From Limisphaerales bacterium (lineage in GTDB: Bacteria > Verrucomicrobiota > Verrucomicrobiia > Limisphaerales > SIBE01): a stretch of DNA of 20,000 bases. The translations under genes were made by a program, and so were the position numbers. Positions 16,174 through 20,000 of the stretch are shown one piece after another (within the stretch, counting starts at the first letter, position 1; every line of letters starts with the position of its first letter). Where the stretch lies: the NCBI GenBank assembly GCA_044225505.1, contig JBGAIN010000017.1:61741-81740 (forward strand). The letters run 5' to 3'. The notes beneath the pieces are model-generated. The model was not told the origin of the DNA, ran no database searches, and saw nothing but the letters and a program-made list of their open reading frames with translations.

Positions 16174-17664
16174 ATGGCCAATGCTCAGTGTTTTCCTTTT
16201 ACCAACCGCTGTGCGATGGTCGCAAGCGTGAACCAGAAAACCGGACCCTTCGGCCTTCGAACCACAGCGGCACACCTCATCTTTTGGATCGGTTTAGGAT
16301 TAGGCTGCAGCAACGTTCTCGGGCAGGTCCCGTCCGGTTCTGAACGGCTCCACCGCACGGAGGTCGGCTCGCAACTGGCCGTGTCCGGGAAAGGTATCAA
16401 GGTCGGCGCGGCGACAGTTAACTTGGCGGCAGATGACTCGATGATCGTGGCCGGCGGCATTCTGGCCGGGCACGCTCGCGGCCAGGAGGGCGAACTGCGC
16501 GCCGTGGCTGTCGTTTTGGAGAAGGAGCCGTTTGGCAAGCTTGCGATTGTGGCGTGCGACGTCCTCATGATGACGCGGTCTCAGCTGGACCCAGTCGCGC
16601 GCGAAATCGAAAAGGAGACAGCCATTCCCTTCGATCGGATTCTAATCAACTGCACGCACACTCATCATGCGCCCAGCACCGTGGTTCTGCACGGGTACGG
16701 ACTCGACGAGACATTTAGCAAAAGCGTGCAACGTAGCATCGTTGCCGCGGTCAAAGAAGCCAATGCCCGGTTGTCGAAGACAGAATGCGCCTTGTTCTTT
16801 CATTTGAGTGAAGAGAATGCGGTCGGGCAAAACAGCCGCGTGCTTTTGTCCGATGGCCGGGTTTATTGGGTCGGGCGGCAAGATGGGTTCGTGCGACCCA
16901 CAGGCCCTTTCGACCCGGAATTGCCCGTCCTCGCGTTTCGCGACCAGGATGGAACTCTGAAAGCCACAATTTTCAACCATTCGACTCATACGATTGGCAC
17001 GCTCGAGCCGGGCAAACGCTCCCCCAGTTTCTACGGGCTGGCCGCCCAACAGATCGAACGCGAATGCGGTGGGATCGTCTCTTTCCTGGAAGGCGCCTCG
17101 GGGTCGACGCATAACCTGAAACTGACCGGGCGGGAGGCCATGGAACGTATCGTGCAGGATGTCAAGGCTGGGCTCGACCAGGGCCAACCTCGTCCGGTCT
17201 TGCGCCTGGGCGCAATGAAGCGAGCCTTTCGATTTCATGTGCGGGAGTTTGACGAAGCACGAGAGGATGAAAAAGTGGTGGAGTATTGTCGTGAGTACAT
17301 TCCCAACGGCGCTGCCTCAACGATTGAGGTATTTCGCAATATGCGAAAGCAGTTGGCTCCGCAGCGCGGTCAGGAGCGGCAGACCTGGCTGCACGTCCTC
17401 TTGATCGGGGACGTTGCGATCGTAGGCGTTCCGGCAGAGTTCTTCACCCGGTTTGGCCTGGACATCAAAAATCGATCTCCTTTCCGCTACACCTACATCG
17501 CGGAGCTGGCCAATGATTGGATCGGTTACCTTCCCGATCTGGAAGCTCACACGTTGGGCGGGTATCAAACGTGGACCGGATTTCACAGCTATGCGGAACC
17601 TGGGACGGGAGAGCGCATCGTGGACGAGATAACAGCCATGCTCAAGGAATTGGCCGGCCGTTGA
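16174..17664 (+). CDS. Neutral/alkaline ceramidase-like metal-dependent hydrolase
   Basis: IVACD, ILINCTHTHHAP, GPFDPEL, NHSTH, FLEGASG, IGDVAIVGVPAEFF, ELANDWIGYLP and GGYQ motifs. The start is uncertain (16174, 16216 or 16228); the N-terminal segment is hydrophobic. Confidence 0.8.
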   Translation: MANAQCFPFTNRCAMVASVNQKTGPFGLRTTAAHLIFWIGLGLGCSNVLGQVPSGSERLHRTEVGSQLAVSGKGIKVGAATVNLAADDSMIVAGGILAGHARGQEGELRAVAVVLEKEPFGKLAIVACDVLMMTRSQLDPVAREIEKETAIPFDRILINCTHTHHAPSTVVLHGYGLDETFSKSVQRSIVAAVKEANARLSKTECALFFHLSEENAVGQNSRVLLSDGRVYWVGRQDGFVRPTGPFDPELPVLAFRDQDGTLKATIFNHSTHTIGTLEPGKRSPSFYGLAAQQIERECGGIVSFLEGASGSTHNLKLTGREAMERIVQDVKAGLDQGQPRPVLRLGAMKRAFRFHVREFDEAREDEKVVEYCREYIPNGAASTIEVFRNMRKQLAPQRGQERQTWLHVLLIGDVAIVGVPAEFFTRFGLDIKNRSPFRYTYIAELANDWIGYLPDLEAHTLGGYQTWTGFHSYAEPGTGERIVDEITAMLKELAGR

Positions 17665-17683
17665 GACAGGAATCTCCTCCGAA

Positions 17684-17815
17684 ATGGACTCACCCCAACA
17701 CATCACCACTGACCTGCGCCACATGCTCACCGAGCGTGGGGAAATCCCGGAAGCGCTACCTGCTCGCGCGCGCAACTTCACAGAATTCATGATTCTCTTC
17801 AAAATTACGGTCTGA
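17684..17815 (+). pseudogene. Probable 3'-truncated gene fragment (43 aa)
   Basis: MDSPQHITTDLRHMLTERGEIPEALPARARNFTEFM, running into the 3' end of the DUF4276 gene. From recall it resembles the N-terminus (ITD.RHFL.E.G.I...P..AR....F) of a conserved hypothetical protein whose Cys-rich C-terminal half is absent here. Confidence 0.4.
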
Positions 17816-18398
17816 AAAGGGAAGCGATCTTCCGATGAAATCGCCTGAACGATGGAACGACGCTGGCCTCTTCAAATGAGAAACGATCTGTGAAGCTTGG
17901 TTGATCATTCGGTTCATTGTACCCAACCGACATCCGCGCGCTGAGCCAGGCCTTAGCGTCTCGGAGTGATTCAGGAGCAGGCGGTGGTTCGAGGTCGAGT
18001 GGCAGCCCGCAGACGCCGCGCAATGAACGTGAGGCAGCCAAGAACCAGGTTTCGTACTCTCGATAGGCCAGGGCGACCATCACCGGCACATCTGACCGGA
18101 CTTCTTTCGCCTTCGAAGTAAGCCTCGGACCAAGTTCACCGGGGCAGCCAGCCTCGCAATCCAGCAAGATCAACACGGAACCATTTTCATGCGGTTTGGC
18201 TTTGCGCGCGGCAAGCTCGAGGTACTTGGCAAAATACTCCTTGTCGTTAATGAAACTGCCGGCTTTGACTCGCAGAGGTGGGTTGACACGAAGACAAGCA
18301 TCTGGAGCAGTCTGTTCCAGAATGCGTCGGAGGAGCAATGGAACCGCCTGGACCTCACCATGGCCTTCAACAATGGGGGCGATAAAGAAACTGCTCAT
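17805..18398 (-). CDS. DUF4276 family protein (TOPRIM-like putative nuclease)
   Basis: IVEGHGEVQAVPLLLRRI, VLILLDCE..CP, REYETWFLA, PESLRDAK.WL, Y....DQ..F and SFRRF motifs. Its start overlaps the ATPase stop by 4 bp (ATGA). Confidence 0.85.
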   Translation of the reverse strand: MSSFFIAPIVEGHGEVQAVPLLLRRILEQTAPDACLRVNPPLRVKAGSFINDKEYFAKYLELAARKAKPHENGSVLILLDCEAGCPGELGPRLTSKAKEVRSDVPVMVALAYREYETWFLAASRSLRGVCGLPLDLEPPPAPESLRDAKAWLSARMSVGYNEPNDQPSFTDRFSFEEASVVPSFRRFHRKIASLFRP

Positions 18399-19600
18399 CG
18401 CCCATTCAATTCAAAAAGGTTGAGTTGCCGTTCGTCGTCGACGTCCGTCAACTCCGAGGGATCGGGGGCAAGCTGATTTTGTCGGAGGAGCTCGCCTGGA
18501 GTGAAAAGCCTGTCTCGTAAGACCGACCTCCCAGCCTCGTCGGTGATACCAATCTTTGTTACGCCGCCTTCGTTGTCCACAGCAAGAATGGCGTCCGTAG
18601 GAATTGATGAATCGTCCAGTAGATCCGGGCTGTGACTGGTCACCATAACCTGGGTAACTGCTGATGCTTCCCGCAAGGCGGCAAGCAAGATTCCGGAAGC
18701 GGCAGGATGCAGCGCCATTTCGGGTTCTTCCAGGCCGATCAATCGAGGCGGGTTGGCAGCTCGACCTTCTGCTTGGAATAGTGCGAGGAGGATTCCGAAG
18801 GCACGCAGAGTTCCATCTGACATGCTCGCGGCAAGAAAGCGCCACGGATGCTTTTGCCCCTTTACCGCCTGGCGAAACTCGACGGTCTCCTGAGAGCCGA
18901 GGATGCGCGTCTCGGCGTCCGAGACGCCGCGGACAATTCGAGCCAAGTAGCTATTAACGCGCGATTTTGCGTCTAGAGTTAGGTTGTTAAACACGCTCGC
19001 TGCATTGCTGCCGTCGCGGCGCAGAATCTCGCCTGGATCAGGCTTCTGCATCGCCCCGACTTCCTTCGGGTTTAAGTTGTAAACCTCCATTCCAGAAAGC
19101 GCGTCGTAGAGAGGCCGAAACTCGGGCAGTCCAGAAGCAGCGACCAAGTATAGTCGGTCCGGAAAAGCAGCAGGCGCTAGCTTCAGAGAGGATTTTACGA
19201 CTTGACCACGCTCGACCCGGTAGAAGTGCTCGTCTGTCCCACTCGTCAGAAAACATTCTTCAGTTTGGACTTCGAAACCCGCGGCTTCTTTGGCCGCAAC
19301 TTGAAAGCTGTAGTAACCCGTAGCGCCGGCAGGAACCGTCAAGTCCAGACGAACGGCAAAATGATTTGGATGTCCCCCAGAGCGCCGGCGTACCTCTTTG
19401 ATAGTTCCGCGATCACGCAACGCATGATCCAGGGAAGTGCGCAGGGATTCGGCGACGAGGCGCAAGCTATCCAAGCAATTGCTCTTCCCGCTACCGTTTG
19501 GGCCGACCAGAAAGGTCAGCGGCCCTAACTTCAGCCGGCACCCAGCGATACTCTTATAATTGCGCAGCGTGAGCTGCGTGATGAAAACCGGGCTGCTCAT
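18395..19600 (-). CDS. ABC-type (AAA_21 / AAA_15-like) predicted ATPase
   Basis: Likely start ATG 19600. LRNYKSI, Walker A GPNGSGKS (19481-19504), signature SMSDGT, Walker B/D-loop IGLEEPEMALHP and H-loop TSHS. No transmembrane segment and no transporter partner. Confidence 0.92.
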   Translation of the reverse strand: MSSPVFITQLTLRNYKSIAGCRLKLGPLTFLVGPNGSGKSNCLDSLRLVAESLRTSLDHALRDRGTIKEVRRRSGGHPNHFAVRLDLTVPAGATGYYSFQVAAKEAAGFEVQTEECFLTSGTDEHFYRVERGQVVKSSLKLAPAAFPDRLYLVAASGLPEFRPLYDALSGMEVYNLNPKEVGAMQKPDPGEILRRDGSNAASVFNNLTLDAKSRVNSYLARIVRGVSDAETRILGSQETVEFRQAVKGQKHPWRFLAASMSDGTLRAFGILLALFQAEGRAANPPRLIGLEEPEMALHPAASGILLAALREASAVTQVMVTSHSPDLLDDSSIPTDAILAVDNEGGVTKIGITDEAGRSVLRDRLFTPGELLRQNQLAPDPSELTDVDDERQLNLFELNGR

Positions 19601-19819
19601 TATTATAGCCGTTTGCGAGACCAGTTCTGGCACTCCATGGTTCCCCTGGTGTCTTCAAAGTCAGGCTTCACTGAATCGGCTGCCAACTATGATCAAGAAA
19701 CGAGGCGGAGCCAAGGCCAGAACCATCGGGCTTTTCTTAGTTAAAAAACGTGCCTTTCACGAGAATAGACTACGACGGCGTTATGTTCCAATTGAAACAA
19801 GGACAATGCCTTAGAAGGA

Positions 19820-19845
19820 TGGTGGAGCCGAGGGGATTCCAACCC
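19820..19845 (-). other. Isolated 3' end of a tRNA-Ala/tmRNA-like gene (probable att-site scar)
   Basis: The minus strand reads GGGTTGGAATCCCCTCGGCTCCACCA: a T-loop with TTCGAA degenerated to TTGGAA, the 3' T-stem, the acceptor strand CGGCTCC, discriminator A and CCA. No matching 5' half (GGGGCCG..., D-arm, anticodon arm) is visible upstream. Confidence 0.7.
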
Positions 19846-20000
19846 GTCACCCCCAAAGGCCATCTGAGGTCGTTCACGCCAGCTCTTTATGCACTCACCA
19901 TCAAATGCCTTTTGGAGAACGCCATGGCGCTCCGAAGCAACGTACCTCGCCGTTCGACATGGGACGCGCTAGTGTGGTGACCGCTAAGTCCTTGCACTTT

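Noticed and set aside
19602..19607. Perfect TATAAT just upstream of the ATPase start (minus strand)
   Set aside because: It is only 1 nt from the ATG and has no properly spaced -35, so it cannot be called as this gene's promoter.
19820..19900. Complete tRNA gene
   Set aside because: Only the last ~26 nt fit. There is no D-arm, anticodon arm or 5' acceptor strand, and the T-loop is mutated.
1..20000. CRISPR array, integron attC array or rRNA
   Set aside because: I saw no regularly spaced repeats, no recurring attC-like sites at gene junctions and no rRNA-like sequence.

Overview
GC-rich bacterial accessory region. The PVC-type heme-binding CxxCH gene, the tandem-DUF1080 gene and the many secreted hydrolases suggest a Verrucomicrobia/Planctomycetes-type host (inference). 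Left to right it holds: the 5' part and one end of an IS4-family (IS50/Tn5-like) insertion sequence missed by the ORF track; about 1 kb of non-coding DNA rich in palindromes and GTTAC motifs; a CBM4/9 x2 + GH39-like glycosidase with a DUF4832-type glycosidase; a truncated BamE/SmpA-like gene; a penicillin-acylase-family Ntn hydrolase; a tandem DUF1080 protein; a Tat-exported alpha/beta hydrolase; a DUF4440/SnoaL-like protein; a PVC-type c-heme dehydrogenase; a ceramidase-like hydrolase; a coupled ABC-type ATPase + DUF4276 (TOPRIM-like) pair that looks like a split OLD/PARIS-like conflict or anti-phage module; and a displaced tRNA-Ala/tmRNA-like 3' end (att scar). Several spacers between intact genes hold clipped or decayed fragments of unrelated genes, including an in-frame chimera and an integrase-core transposase remnant, so the region reads as a mosaic. 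All family calls come from motif recognition, not database searches.
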